A DNA stretch of 64,000 nt from Botryllus schlosseri (lineage: Eukaryota). The notes beneath the pieces are model-generated. The model saw nothing but the letters and a program-made list of their open reading frames with translations, was not told where the DNA came from and did not search any database. This document shows, in pieces, positions 37,090 to 50,800 of the stretch (position 1 is its first letter; each line of letters opens with the position of its first letter). The position numbers and the translations under genes are program-made. Location: NCBI GenBank assembly GCA_051294905.1, contig CM119379.1:26846001-26910000 (forward strand), in the 5' to 3' direction.

Positions 37090-37799
37090 CAGGGCTGGCC
37101 AACCTTTTCAGCCAACGGGCCACATTCGATTGACGAATTATTGCGAGGGCCACTAGCCGCGCGAAGCGCGAAATTTTTTTGAAGTTCATAGGTCAATAAT
37201 ACTGTCATTTGACTAGATTGCGGGCCTGTTGTATATCGCTGGGCTAATTTTGCGAGGACTGGGTTATTCGGCGCTTGGACATATCGATATCGAAAGATGC
37301 GACCAACATGCGTCAATCATTTCGTGCCTAGGTTTCATATTCGACGGTCTTACTGCGAGCGCAAACGCAATGTCGCATATGTTGAACGACACTTTGTCTC
37401 GTAATCGCGAATATAGTTAGACTCAATCTGCGATACATTATAGGTGTTCTTCCATTTTCACAAAAGGGCAACAATATTAAAAACAAGAAATCGAGTGACA
37501 ACATGTTGCGCCAAGCTTGTAGAAAATTTTTACCTTTGATAAATCTACCGCAAATTATTCTGCTTTATTGTAGTGTACGAAGATATACCAATATGTGAAT
37601 GGCTGATGGATCTGTCAATGCGTCGGAACTGATATTTTAGTCATCACATCTCAAGTGTTGCGGCTATACTAATCAAATTTTTGGTTGGCCTTGCAAGTTC
37701 ACAATCTGTGCAATCTATTTTTGATGATATTAGAAATTTCGGAAATGACCACGCGGGCCACTCAAAACCTTCTCGCGGGCCACGGGTTGGCCGGCCCTG
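37090..37799 (+). mobile_element. hAT (Charlie-like) non-autonomous element, 710 bp
   Basis: TIR CAGGGCTGGCCAACC vs CAGGGCCGGCCAACC (14/15). Perfect 8-bp TSD CCGTATTG at 37082-37089 and 37800-37807. Confidence 0.92.
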
Positions 37800-38879
37800 C
37801 CGTATTGAAATCTGTTTGGAATAAGGGGATCGTCTTCTTACGGTCTGCTGCTGGGGTCTGTCGCTTTAAATAAGTATAATTTTCGTCCTTGGATGCATTC
37901 TCGAAGGAAACTTTAGGAAACCAAGCCTCCGAATCTTGATATGGTTTGATCGGATAACGGACTTCATTCCGCAGTCTGATTTTGAAGAATTAAAAAATGC
38001 CGAGACTTTGGCAAAGTATGTTAGAATTCGAGTCGAGTATGCGAGGGTCACCAACAATCACGTATAGCAGGAACGAAATGCTAAGTTCAAAATGTACCTT
38101 TCGTGCGATCGCAAAGCAAAGAATATAAGTTACACGTATCAAACTAGCTATATTTATATTGTTAACCACAGCCATGGCATTGCGCTCCATGATAATAATG
38201 CGAGTGCATCTCTGCACAAAATAACGTATCTGCGAAGATACATAGCACCTTGCTGTTTAGACGCTGTTTGATCAAGTCAATTGAAGTTTTGTGGATTAAA
38301 TGGTAGGAAAAGAAGTTTCGAAACAACAATTAACGCCGATAAAATCCTTCTTTCGCTTCTCGAAGACATTGATATAGTCGAATCGCTGTGCCCATTCCCC
38401 TAGTTAGAACACAGCACGATTATTCACGAAGGCGAACGAGACCTCGCTGTTAAAAATATCTTTGTTCTGATTTGAAGAGCTGTGCTTGTTTTTCTTTGAG
38501 TTTTCGAAATGATTTATTGGAGCTGGCGATTGCACTTCCAGCTCTTCACGATGGCCGTAGGAGTGGACTTCGACGTCATAAGTAGTCGGTTTGAAGCACC
38601 CTCAGAGTCGTCGCTTGGTTGTCGCGGTTTCATCCTGTGTCATGGATTGGTCGCTTCGCGATCATTCGTTCCTTTATGAAGGGGGCGTTTTATGAAGGAA
38701 TTTGTCGCTGCAGATGTTGATGCATATCAAGTTTACTGGGATGTAGATGGAAAATGGCTGTGTACATTGGACCCGACCCAGAGGTTGATATTTCAGCCCG
38801 TTTTGAACCCGAAAGCGGGTACAAATATGATTGATTGATGGAATGGTCCTTTGCGTCGAAATATTTTCTCAAGTTATGC

Positions 38880-39235
38880 TAGGGTTACCATACATCCTCT
38901 TTAAGAGGATTTGTCCTTTTTTTTTGACTTTTTTGAAAGTGTCCTCGGAGGACGCCCTTTTGTCCTCTTTTTTGAGATTTTGTTCTCTTTTTTGAAAATT
39001 TAGGTCAGATTTAGAGCAAATTGCGAGTGATATCAGCACAGAAGTCACGCTCCGGTGGGTATTTCGGGGTGAAAAACGGTGAAATTAGCTCTGGGCGGAA
39101 ACATGATTTTTTTTTTGTCAACCGATCACAAAGTGGGAAAAATTCACCGGTTTGGAGAATTCTTCTCCGGTTTTGCAAGTCTCAAATTTCTGAAAAAGTG
39201 TCCTCTTTTTAGATTTCCAAAATATGGTAAGCCTA
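38880..39235 (+). mobile_element. hAT-Blackjack-like MITE, 356 bp
   Basis: TIR TAGGGTTACCATA vs TAGGCTTACCATA. Perfect 8-bp TSD AGTTATGC at 38872-38879 and 39236-39243. Confidence 0.92.
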
Positions 39236-42029
39236 AGTTATGCAAGCCAATCCCAAACCTTTACACCAAAGTGTAAAGATTAGCCAAAAACTGTTAAGTA
39301 GAAGTACTCCGAAAATACAACCATTTAAGTAGTAGAGTACTTGGGCACTGCGATGGAGTAGAAGTACTCCGTCACTGACTACATCAAATCAACACTCACA
39401 GGAATGCTCAGAGCAGCGTTGTGTTCCAGTTTTCTAGCGGCAAGATACGTCTTTCATATCATAGCGCAAGGTGCTCTTGGAAATGAAGTCTACCGCGTGA
39501 GTCCGAAACGAACTGACAATTTCGGACGATTGAATGAAATGTCTGTATATCGATGCCTCGCGGAAAATGTTCACAGAATTTTTTCGGAAAACGCTGCTAT
39601 TTCAATCAAAATGTTGAAGCAAATTAATCTGAAACGATAGACGTAAATCGGATTTCGTAAATTCCACGTCTTGCACGACACTCGTGAGATGACGTACTCC
39701 AGTTTCAGATCAGAGAGGCTTATAGTTGATTTAAAGGCGAGCGTAGCCTGACACGACTGTCAGCACCTCGCCTGCACTTTTTCGTAGTCTAATACCTTGT
39801 AATGCACGACTTTATAAACAAAAAAATACAGATCCCCATTCTCGCATGAAGTAGCATGTGTTACCGTGAAAGTAAAAACGCCTTTTCATTGTGAAGTTCA
39901 GTTTTATTTATATTCATATAATTTCAAAGCACCAAAAGATGGCAATAAAATGAACAGATAGGAAAGAGTCGAACCTAATTGGAGTATATCCTCTCATGCA
40001 GCAGAAATCCACCTTGGCTTAGAGCAGGGGGCTATGAAGAAAATTGAGAAAAATTCAATGTAACTAAAAGAAAGATCTTGATCTTGAGTATCATTTCTTT
40101 GTTGTGCTTTTACATACGGGCCGACGAGTAAGAAATATTGGAATAAGAGGGATACACACTCAATGTAAAATAACAGAGATAATATCAAGTACAAACGATG
40201 AAAATATATTGGTATGCCTCGGTATGTCAGATCGCTGTCCGGAAATCTCGAACGCTGACTATATATAGCAATACTATTGATCACGTAGCTTTGCAAAGTA
40301 GAATATCTGTTGTCCTGAAAATTGACTAGAATCAACTGAAACCGGGAGTTCTTATTCGATCTCTCGAAGTTAAAAAATCCGATATTTGGAAAGCAGCTCT
40401 TCAAGTATGATAGTTTCGCCTTTGATATACTCATAAAATCATGTGTTACGAAACGACACGATGATCGGTCCGCTCGTGATGTCTCTGCTAAATATAGAGA
40501 GACCTTCCCCGAAGCTCGCCTGTCCGGAAAAGTCGTTTTCGGGATTGCGCAACATTGGAGCAGATAGCTCCACAAAACATTTACAAAAACACCATACGTT
40601 GAAGCTGTATAGCTGCGAATTATTTGCCACGCCCGCATAGAGGTCTGGCGTTATTCGTTTATCTATAACGAGGTATTGTGGATACAAAGCCGTAGCCGCG
40701 CGATTGCAAAATACTTTTAAATATCCATGAAAGACAGATTGTTCAGCGCGGGCGTCTGCTATTTTTCATCAAGATCCAGTCGGTCTATGTTTATATCGCG
40801 AACAGTCAAGAATGGAAGGCTCGCGCGCCCAGGTATTAAAGGCGCAGTGGATTGTGAAATCACGATGTTCGTGGAAACAGTGCGCTGGCCCGTTCAGGAT
40901 ACAGAGGTGAACTTGAACGTCGTTACACATGGTTTGTGATTGCATTAAACCTGGACAACTTAATAACTCATATTGAAATAAATCTCAATATTTTCAGCTG
41001 ACAGTCGTCAGGGGTAGCCTATAATCGTCAGCAACTAGTAGAAAATTGAAAAAATACACAAAATATTCGGGTTCATTTCAATATGAATATATTATTCAAT
41101 TGTATATTGGAGTTTTGTACAACTAAGAAGCTCTTCAACTGGATAATTCTAGACTAATTACACTCGATTTTTGTTGTACTAATTTCCAAATCGGAATTTT
41201 ATTCAATTTACAAGTTTTTGCGAATTCAATAATTCTAATTATGATCTAATTTGGAAAATCTGAAAATCTTCCATAGTTGTACAACTCTGAATTATATCGA
41301 TGTAATGAATATTGAATGTTATGCTTGCCAATGGACTAGCATGCGCTCATTGCAGCAGCATTTTTCTCTCTCGCTCTATAGTTGTTGTAACAGTTAGTTA
41401 CAACACGTTTGGCCGCATGATAATCCCAGAGCGCTGTTGGTGATAAAATAGCAGCAGTGCGGTAAGAGCTTGGCAGACTGTGTTAAGTATCTGTTGCTGC
41501 CGTTTCGACAGCATGTGTGCTTGAATCGATTAATCGGGTCCTGAAAAGATCATTCTAGCAAAACTCCAAACCCGAACATATAGAAAAATACACATCAAGT
41601 TGTGGAACCCACTTGGTATACTTATCCCGTTTCTAGATTTTACAAAGCTAACTAAACCACATTGACATCAGGATAAGCTGTTTTGAATGAGAAAATTAAC
41701 CGCCAAGCATGCATATTTTATGACCACTTCGGGTTCGTTCAAGTCTATCTATCGCGCGTACAACCAAATCCGGCGAATGAGCGTCACTATTGAGTGGTTT
41801 GTTTTCGAGCACTTCAGTTGATATCGCATGCTGCTAAACTGCATCTCTACAGTTTGACATTCAGTCGCAATCGAATCCTTTACACGTGGAGAGGCTAGAT
41901 CGAGAATATGCGACACATTCTTATCCAACTACGACCACCAATATTAATTGTTTATCTCTGTACGAATAACGCCATTATAGGAACAGGAAGTTATCTATTT
42001 TAACACCGACTCATGATATACGTATATAC

Positions 42030-42170
42030 ACGATCTGTGCATTGCATATGCATACCATGAGTAGCCTACATGATGTGCATACTGCATATGGTGCTGGGCA
42101 AGGAAGGTGAAGACATAGCCTAGTAAGGCTTTCTAAGTCTTGCACTACCCATCCGTGATATCCCGAAAAT
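42030..42170 (-). mobile_element. Internal fragment of the tRNA-SINE family
   Basis: Its reverse complement aligns with 51300-51430 (CTTAGAAAGCC...CACCTTCCTTG...CATATGCA). Confidence 0.7.
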
Positions 42171-44454
42171 GCTGAACGCCAAGCGGGAAAGCCACGGAGA
42201 CCAGTTTTACTGATCAGGTCTATGGTCTGACCCGGCCGTTAATAGATCTGACTTGCCGGATACCGTGCGATGTAACTTATAGCCTGCTCCCAATCAGATC
42301 ATCATGTATCAGTTATGCATTGCTTTCCAAATCATAAATTTCCGATTCCTCTTTTTATTTTAAATGCTACTGTCATTACCTAGAACGTCTGCTGAGATTT
42401 CAGTTAGTAAATGCCTATGAAGCTTCAGTGTTGTGTATAGGGTACGAGACATCGTAGTTGTCGAGATTTCCGAGTTATTAGAAACTATTGGCTCGGATAA
42501 GCTGTCTCGTCGACTCGATTGCGAAACATTGATAAACGCACCGTATGCATTATGAAACAATGATGACATTATCCTAAGTGCCTCTCAGAAAACTCTATTG
42601 CCGATGTTGCTGTAACCTTCCGGTTCGTGGTAGAGTGGAGTGCTGAGGAAGTGGTCTGTTTGCATTGCTTCAATATTGCTTCAACTGATTTCTACGTTTT
42701 GCAATTTCCAAAGTGAGAAGTGTTTTGACCAAGAATCACGTCAAGAAAATTGAATGACAAACAAAGAAATTTTAGGCCCACGCAAAGGTTATCGTCGTAA
42801 AATTTCTGAATTCAGCGATTAGCTCTTTCTTCCATTCTGTAGACAGACATGTTTATGACGAAAAAAAGAACGATTTCTAATGGAAATGTCCGTTTCGCGC
42901 CTGCGAAACAAAAATGGGATACTTTAAGACTTTCTTTCAATTGCATCTCGTCTGCAAACTTATCTACATTCCCACTACGCGTTTCAATGCGAAAGAGTCA
43001 ATGACTTTAATATCCAAAGAGATAATATATTCATATTGAAATGAACACGAATATTTTTGGCTGACACTCGTCAGGGCTAATCGTCAGCATAGTAGAGAAT
43101 TCAAAAGAACTTTCTTGCTGAGGATTACCCCTGACCAGAATTGGCCGGAGAAGATTCGTGTTTATTTCAATATGAATATATTATTCAATTGTATACTGAC
43201 GTTTTCTTCCTCTAAGGGTCTGTTCAAAGACTTTATGACAACTTTTACAATGTTATCGCTTACTTCTTAACAATGACAGTGGCAATCTATACAAATACCC
43301 TGCAGGGTCAGAATGACGTTTGATGACGAGCTTGTAATAGCGGTCATGGTGAGAGTAACTTTAAAACAAAGCATGTCACAACAAAGAGTGCGATGACGGG
43401 CTGCTTTTAAGAACCAGGAGAAGCACCGTTGCAGATTGAAAGTGAAATGGAGCGAAGGAGCAGATATATCGGGTTCCTCGCGCCCTGGACTATATGGTTT
43501 TGGGTCACATTGATAAATTATAATATGTGACTTCCTCAGAACATCATCATGTTGGTTGATGAGGATGAGGAACTTCAGCTTTCTTTCACTCCGAGTATCT
43601 CGGGAGCGAATGAAGGATCGCAAGCTCTTATCATGATGGAAGCCAAGAGATTCCCGAGTCCATCCAAACTTGAACAACTATAGATCGTCTATTTAGACAT
43701 CCACAACTATCTAGTTGTTCCAGCTGTTCTAATTAGTGCGACATACCGGTGTTTTGATCCTAATCTAATTTGTGAAATATTTCTATGCTTTCATTTCAAT
43801 AGTAATCTTATTTCTTCTTTTCTTGAAAACTGTATAATGCGAAACGAGCGAAGCTTGTTGTACAGGCATTTGCCATTGTCATACGTATACGATAATGAAC
43901 TCTGATTTGATGTTAAGTGAACTTGATTTTTGTTGTATTTCTTTTTAACAAGGATTTAAATTCAAGTTCCGCGTTTTTGCGAATTCATTCTAAATATAAT
44001 TTGATTTGTAAAAGCTGAAAAATTTCCAGTATTCCAACTCTGTTCCAACTGTTCAACTCTTTTTATATTGTAGAAAGGGATGAATGTTCGTCGAAGTGCA
44101 GATATAATATATATCAAATCCTCAAATATAGTGCATGAACATGTCTATCAATCTTGACGTGCAGTCCGTTGTATACGTATTCAGTAACCTTACGTCTCAA
44201 CGCAATTCCTCACAAGTTTCAACAGAGAACTTTCCATGCGCCTTATATATAGAATTTCTATTTATGAAATCAAATTTTAAGGCACACGGAATAGTATTCG
44301 TCGACAAAAATTCTGACATATATTGCTACAATTGAACTTCACCTTAAAACACAAATAAAAATCACTGATTTAAAGTGCAAGATAGTGAAAACGAACCACC
44401 ATTGACGGTAAGAAAGTGCTCGGATAAAAATAGACGGCAGTATATAACATAACA

Positions 44455-44832
44455 CAGATGTGGTCAAAATTGTCAGTATTGCTAGTCAAGTAGAAGTAGG
44501 GGTAACGCTGTAAATTCCTACTCAATTACAAGTAGAAGAAGCCATTTCAAAGACATGTCAAACTACTTCAAGTAGAAGTAGAAAATGAAGATCTGAAAAG
44601 CTTTGACGTGTTTATTTTCAATGATCTGTTACCCATAGTTTTCATGACAATTCCACTTATAACAGATATGCAAGCATATCCCAAGACTACTTTTACTTAC
44701 TACATTGCAATCCAGAGTGTAAAAAGTGAGTAGTTTTGCCTGCAAACTGTTAAAGTAGCGATGGAAGTAGTCAAAATACATAAGCACTTGAGTACTTGGA
44801 AAGAAGTAGTACATCGTTACTGATCATCTTTG
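44455..44832. mobile_element. hAT-like MITE with AGTAGAAGTA subterminal repeats, starting 33 nt after the paralog B stop codon
   Basis: Ends CAGATGTGGTCA and TGATCATCTTTG, flanks ACATAACA / GTATAACG. Related fragments at about 2270-2350, 7130-7360, 7950-8130, 8440-8520, 39290-39385, 45770-45855, 49300-49478 and 60976-61210. Confidence 0.65.
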
Positions 44833-44864
44833 GTATAACGCATAGACACAGACACCGATACGTA

Positions 44865-47800
44865 TCACAATGAAAGGTTTCGTTTATGCGTAAATCCCCC
44901 TGAGACTGTGCGAACGATAGCTTTGATCTTGGCGGGTTTTGAAGGAGTCTTTGATCTATATATGTCCCTTATCACGTCATTAAAGACTTCGGATATTCTT
45001 TCAAAGTCTCGCGACACCGATAGCTCCACGCAGGCCTTGCATCCATTCTCGATCGCGAAAGAAACGGGTGAGTTCCTCTCGACCCTTCTCCTGTGACTTA
45101 AGTCTGATTTGTTGCCGATCAAGAAAACTGGCAAGAAGGAATCGCTGTCGCGCGTAGCGTGGCCTCGCACCGTCTGTCCGGTCGTGTATCTTACGATGTC
45201 GCGCGCGCAATCGTAAGATTCTGTATCGCAGATGCTGTAAACCACGATCACTGCATCCGCCCAAGCTAGCCTCATATCCATCTCGTTCCCGGCTTTTCTG
45301 TTGTTGTTCAGCTCCCTCGCGTTTCCTTTTTTCTTTACTGGCTTTCTCTCGCATACGGGCGATGAAGTCATGGAAGAATCCTCTTCGAAGCTGCTGTAGG
45401 AAGTTCGGTTGTCGTAGGCTGACGACGTGGAAGAGGTGGATGTTCGGCTCGAAGAGTTCGCGAATGAGAGGAATTCGGAGATGTCGAATTTATCGAGGTC
45501 CTTCTCCGGCTGCTTCTGAAAAGAATTTAGATCGTTAAAGCAGAAGCAAAAAAAAGCCTCATCCGCAGATGTCTGTAAATTTGTTGCAAGATGTCTTCTC
45601 GAAGCTATACATACTTGATTTCATTGCAAGGTTGATACAGGGGTTATTTCGCACAGGTTTGATGACAATTTCACTGAGAAAATGGTCTCAACATATCTCA
45701 AAACTAACTCTACTTCACGAAATCCAAAGTTAAAATGCAAATAGTGACTAAAAACCTAAGCTCATTGGAAGTAGTATAAAAAAACATGAATACTTGAGTA
45801 AGTATTGCAAGTAGGCAACATCAAAGTACATGTACTCCGTTACTGACCACCTTTGGGTAATTGTGTTGTAGGTCTCAAAACAAATTAGTATTTTCCCACT
45901 GTAAATGGAGTTAAAGGCTCCATCAATGCTAGGTCATTGTTCTTGCTTCGCCCAACCCCGTAAATAGAAACCTCATCGCGAAGTGACAAGCAAATCAGCA
46001 GATGAGATGCCTCATAAAACAAGAGGAGTTTCATTTGCCAACTGCGGACATCGAAACTATAACGAATTGAACACTTCTACCACTTGTCGTTATGTTGCCA
46101 CCAGCAAAACCTTACTGCCTAAAAAATGAAGTTTTTCAGCTTTTTTAATCAGTGCAGGAACGAGTTGGATCCGACACTGACGCACCACTATAATTACTAT
46201 GGTTTCGCAGCAGCAGCGATCGTTCAGTACTCATATATAACTTGGGGATATATTTAGAAATAGTGCGAAATAGACTTAAGTTTATTTGGGAAAGTTGATC
46301 GCAAATAACCGAGTTTCGCACTCGCAGTCTCATACAGATACCGAAAGTTTCGCCACTATCCAACGCTATTTATATTTTGGATAGATTGATTTTTTTGAAG
46401 CTTAGAAGTGAATGAATTTTTCGCGCGAGCATGGAATACAATGAGTCATATTCACACAGTAATGTAGAGATATCAATCATTGCGTATGATGCTACGATAA
46501 CGAATGGAATCGGACACATTACATCGCTTGACTGATTGACAAGAGGTTGGAAAACCCCAATTTAGCCCACCTTTCTACTCCGTACTGACTATTTTGTAAT
46601 AATGCCTTTGAGATATTTTACGTTGCGCGTTTCATTCCGTTGATTTTGCTTATTCTGCTTCGATGCAATTTCGTATCTAGTCATTCTTGGTGTCAAATTT
46701 AATTTATCGTGCCGAGCCATCTTCACGTCATAAGATACATCGATAAAAAAAACTTATCGCAAATTTCGGAGGATTGAAGAGAGATTTTCATGATGCGACA
46801 TCAAAACCAGAATTTGCGGTCAAGAATGAGGACCGAGATAACACTTGTGATTGACAGACCGATAATACGGAGATAGATTTCATGGGATTCTGAGATCCTT
46901 TGCTTAGTGATGACATTAATGCGTTGCTATGCAGGGTTTCCCAACATGGGGGCCTTTTTCAGGGGCATGAAAATATTTATCATCTCCAAGTCTTATCCAC
47001 TATAAGAAAATTACTATATTAAAATTGAAAAAAACATACGATATAGTACAACAATAAGCCACTTCTTCATTTGAGTTTACTTTCTTTGTTTTACTTTTAG
47101 ATTTATTAATATTAATATTTACACAATGTCTACCCTACCTGCTAAAGAAAGAAGTGAAAGTTATATTAAGCTTGGCTTCGCATATCTACATGACAAATGA
47201 TGTACTATCATGATTATTATGTTGTATTTATATCATTCACTCATTATAACTATAGCGGTTACCGTATAAACCCCTTTTTTAATAGAATAACGTTTCTAAT
47301 TTTTTTCAAAAGGTTATGAAAATAGGAGGCCAGAGAAAGCACTTTCACCGATTGCTACTAATAAAATGTTACTTTGAAATATGCTTAGAATAAAAATGTC
47401 ATCTCACTGAGGGGAAAGAGACATTCGATACCTAATTGTGGTATTCGGATATCCAGCGTATCATTGCGATAAGATTTCGTAACATCGCGGGATAGATTGC
47501 TGTCGCATACGCGCGTCATCCATGTAGGGGCGACATGTTATGAGTTTCGGTTTCCAATCGCCGATGAAACGCGTTTGTAGTGGATAATCGTTTTTTTTCT
47601 TCAAGTCACATTGACAGGGGTTCTCAAACAGTATCAGTTCATTAATATTTTCATCAATTCAAAACACCACAAACCCGCGATAAAATGAAAAGATAGGAAG
47701 GTGTCGAAACGACTTGAAATAGTCTTTGAAATCAGACACCCTCATTTTAAAACCGCAACCCTTTCGATTTATCTGCATGAATGGCGTTACCCTTGATGTA

Positions 47801-50800
47801 ACATAAAGTGTACGCAATTGAAAATGCAAACCCAATATAGGCCTACTATATGTATTTACACTTTCAAACATCATTTCACACATTTAATGTGATGAGCTTG
47901 ACCCTTCTAGAGTAAATAAAATATATCCATCGGTGGACTTGTTTTGGAAAGGTGCGCGTGTAAATTGTGTGCAATCGAATGCTTGTCACGAAAATTTTTA
48001 AGCCTTAAACGCTGCATTGAAAGCTTCGATTTCTTTCTCGCTTGACCCATAAACTTTCCAATCGCTGTTCCAGAAAATTGTCACAGTGCCAGAAAAACGA
48101 AGTTGCTAGCTTAACTGGAGCATTATACTGCGACTTGGTGCGTCATACAAACTACTACCGTAAGCTCCTATATAGTATATCGTTTTCTGACAGAAGCAAG
48201 TGTTATGTCATCAAAGCATGCTCTTATACCTGAGTTATTCGTTGCAAAAAGTACAAAGTCACAAGTATAAGATCTAATGTGTTGTCATATACACATGACA
48301 ACTTTCGTTGCCTTGATCCCCCGCGTCAGTGCACGTTAGGTAACGGGGGAGGTCTAATGAAGTTTCCAAAAATACCCAAACCATCAGAACCAACACATTA
48401 CGTGTTTCGCAAACGCTGGAAATGTATTCCAAAGATGTTCATTATTTGCGAGCTCTCTTGTTTTTGTACAAACTATGAGATTGATTCTGTGGGGCTTTGA
48501 TGTGGCCACTCTGAACATTGAGACGATGCAACACGTCGAAATGTCCTCCCAAGAGAAAGAAAGGTGTTTTCGTGAAATTGTGCGGTGGCGTATAAAATAT
48601 ATCAAGTACGGTAATTGCCAAAGTGCGCTACATGTGTTGTGAAAATACGTGCACCAAAAAGTTTCCAGGAATAGGTTCCGAGTTGCGGACAATTTCAGTT
48701 GTTCACAAGGAGTCGCAAATCAAAGAGCGGTTATTTTGTGACGTGTCATTGCGAGAAGGATGTTTCGGAATATCATATTTCAAAGATTCTCCTAAAAATT
48801 CAGTTCCATTTTACTTACGGTTACCATATTTTGAGATCCGGGAAAGAGGACACTTTTTATAAATCGCAAAATTTATAAAATCGCACGAGAATCTGGGTAA
48901 TTTTCCAAATCGACTTCCGCAAGACCCGCTCTATAAGGTCATTTCTAGTCATCCTTGCTGTCACTGACGTCGAAATCCAGATTCCGCGTCATTTATGGCA
49001 AATATCAGTACAATCGCCTGGCTGTAAAAGCTATAAAGGAGAACGAATTGCCAAAATAGGATATCTGGGCTTCCTCGGAGGACAATTTCTATTTCTTGAA
49101 AAAAGAGGACATATCCTCCTAAAGGAGGACGTAAGGTAGGCTAACCCTTATTTAACTGGACAAATATATTTTCGAAAATTGCACCTATTTGTAGTGACAT
49201 TGTTACCATACAGTGTTAGTCACGAAGATACATATAACAATTTAGGAAGAATTCACCTTTGATTAACTGCTAAAACTATTCACCCTTCGACCAAATCTAC
49301 TTTTTGAAACTGTGCTTACTTGATTTATTTTCACGCGTTCATTTTCTAATTCCACTTGGAGTAGTTTTGAAATGGCTTAGAAATCGCTACTTCTATACTT
49401 GGGTTCGAGTATAGTAATTCACGGAATTACTTTTACGTTTTCTTGAGTACCAACGCTGACTACTTTGACCACCCCTGATTAAACGTCACATTTCACAGGA
49501 GCAAGTCTGACGGAATAGTAAAATATCGATGAACTAGACTGCGATCATTTACGTGACTATTGGGGTTTTCCAAAATCTCTGGAGCATAGCCGATTAGCCA
49601 ATCAAGAGTCGCGGTATCGTGATTACTCGTCTTTTCGCCATTCCATATGGTCGCACGCCCACTCTTCGGCAGCCTCTTTCAGACGTTTTGCCAGAAAACT
49701 TAACGACTTTCCTGTGAGCGTCTTGCTGGTTCATTGTTTTTATCAATAATCTATAGAATGAGACATTACAACGGAGAATTTGTAAGATTTTCCTAATTTT
49801 GAACAATGCTAGTGACTATATATATATATGAAACATTGGAGGTAGCATGTTTTCGACAGCAAGACTAATATTAGGGATAGCATGGAGGGGTGGTACAAGA
49901 CTTTAGAAAGGCTTACAAGGCTATTTCTGCACCTTCCTTGTCCATCAGCATATGCACAGCATGCACCGATGGTATGCATATGCACTTATGCAGTATGCAC
50001 CGACTATGTGTTTGTGTATGTATATTATGCTTCGGTGTCCTTCAAAAACATCAATGACAAAAATATACAATGTCCTATTCCTAATTTACGGAAAGTCGAA
50101 AAAGTTAGACTCTTCCCAATTTTGTATAGCGTCTAAGATCGCAGACTGGGTGCTTGCTGTAACTTACGCAACCGACATTAATGCGAGCACTCAAGGTATA
50201 GAAGCTGCTCGAAGTGCATTTATTTCTATTAAGCAACTCAATTCTGCTATATTTCTTCATCTTATGACAGCGACGCGCTATACTTAGAAATGTCAAACGC
50301 AATAATCTAAATCGCATAATTATTTGCACAGCACCCAGAATATATGCCATCAATCTTCCGTTCTTATATAACAAGAAATTTTACAACGTATACCACGGGG
50401 CTATAGCAATTTCAAATCGGCGTGAACTGAGATTTAAGTTGTCGAAGGTGAAATTTGGGATCGTAAAACCTTTCAACATAATGACTCGATGACAATTAGC
50501 ATTTTTCTAGTTTTGAAAACAATTAGTCACCAGCAAGGGTATGGATTGTCAGATTCGTCATGATTCGTCAAATTTTATTTCTGCGTAATCCAATTTACGA
50601 AATTTAAGAGCCGTTTAGGACGAAATCTGTATTATAAAAACGTTGCCGTAATTTTGATTTATCTGCCAGTCGATGTCAAAACTATGCAATTACGGGGGTT
50701 TTACGGGATCGGTGGCTGTGTAGTTGGGGTTGGGTCAGAATTAATGGCAAGGAAACTAGTCAGCATGCACGCATGTTTTGAAGCGAAAATCAAATCGCGC

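Noticed and set aside
39994-40638. Longest unexplained ORF (214 aa, minus strand)
   Set aside because: No recognisable motif or family, and no supporting promoter or splice context. It could be a decayed coding relic, but cannot be supported without a profile search.
42700-42900. Minus-strand fragments TTITFAWA and FLDVILGQN, reminiscent of GPCR TM7
   Set aside because: Needs several frameshifts and lacks NPxxY or any upstream helices. Could be chance.
44908-45354. ORFs 44908-45096 (+) and 45001-45354 (-)
   Set aside because: Antisense and alternative-frame shadows of paralog B exon 4.
47540-47590. Minus-strand PLQTRFIGDWKPKL, resembling the switch I exon (TKRFIGEY)
   Set aside because: No acceptor or donor around it. 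The true exon 2 is at 62902-62958 with the exact expected 57-nt length.
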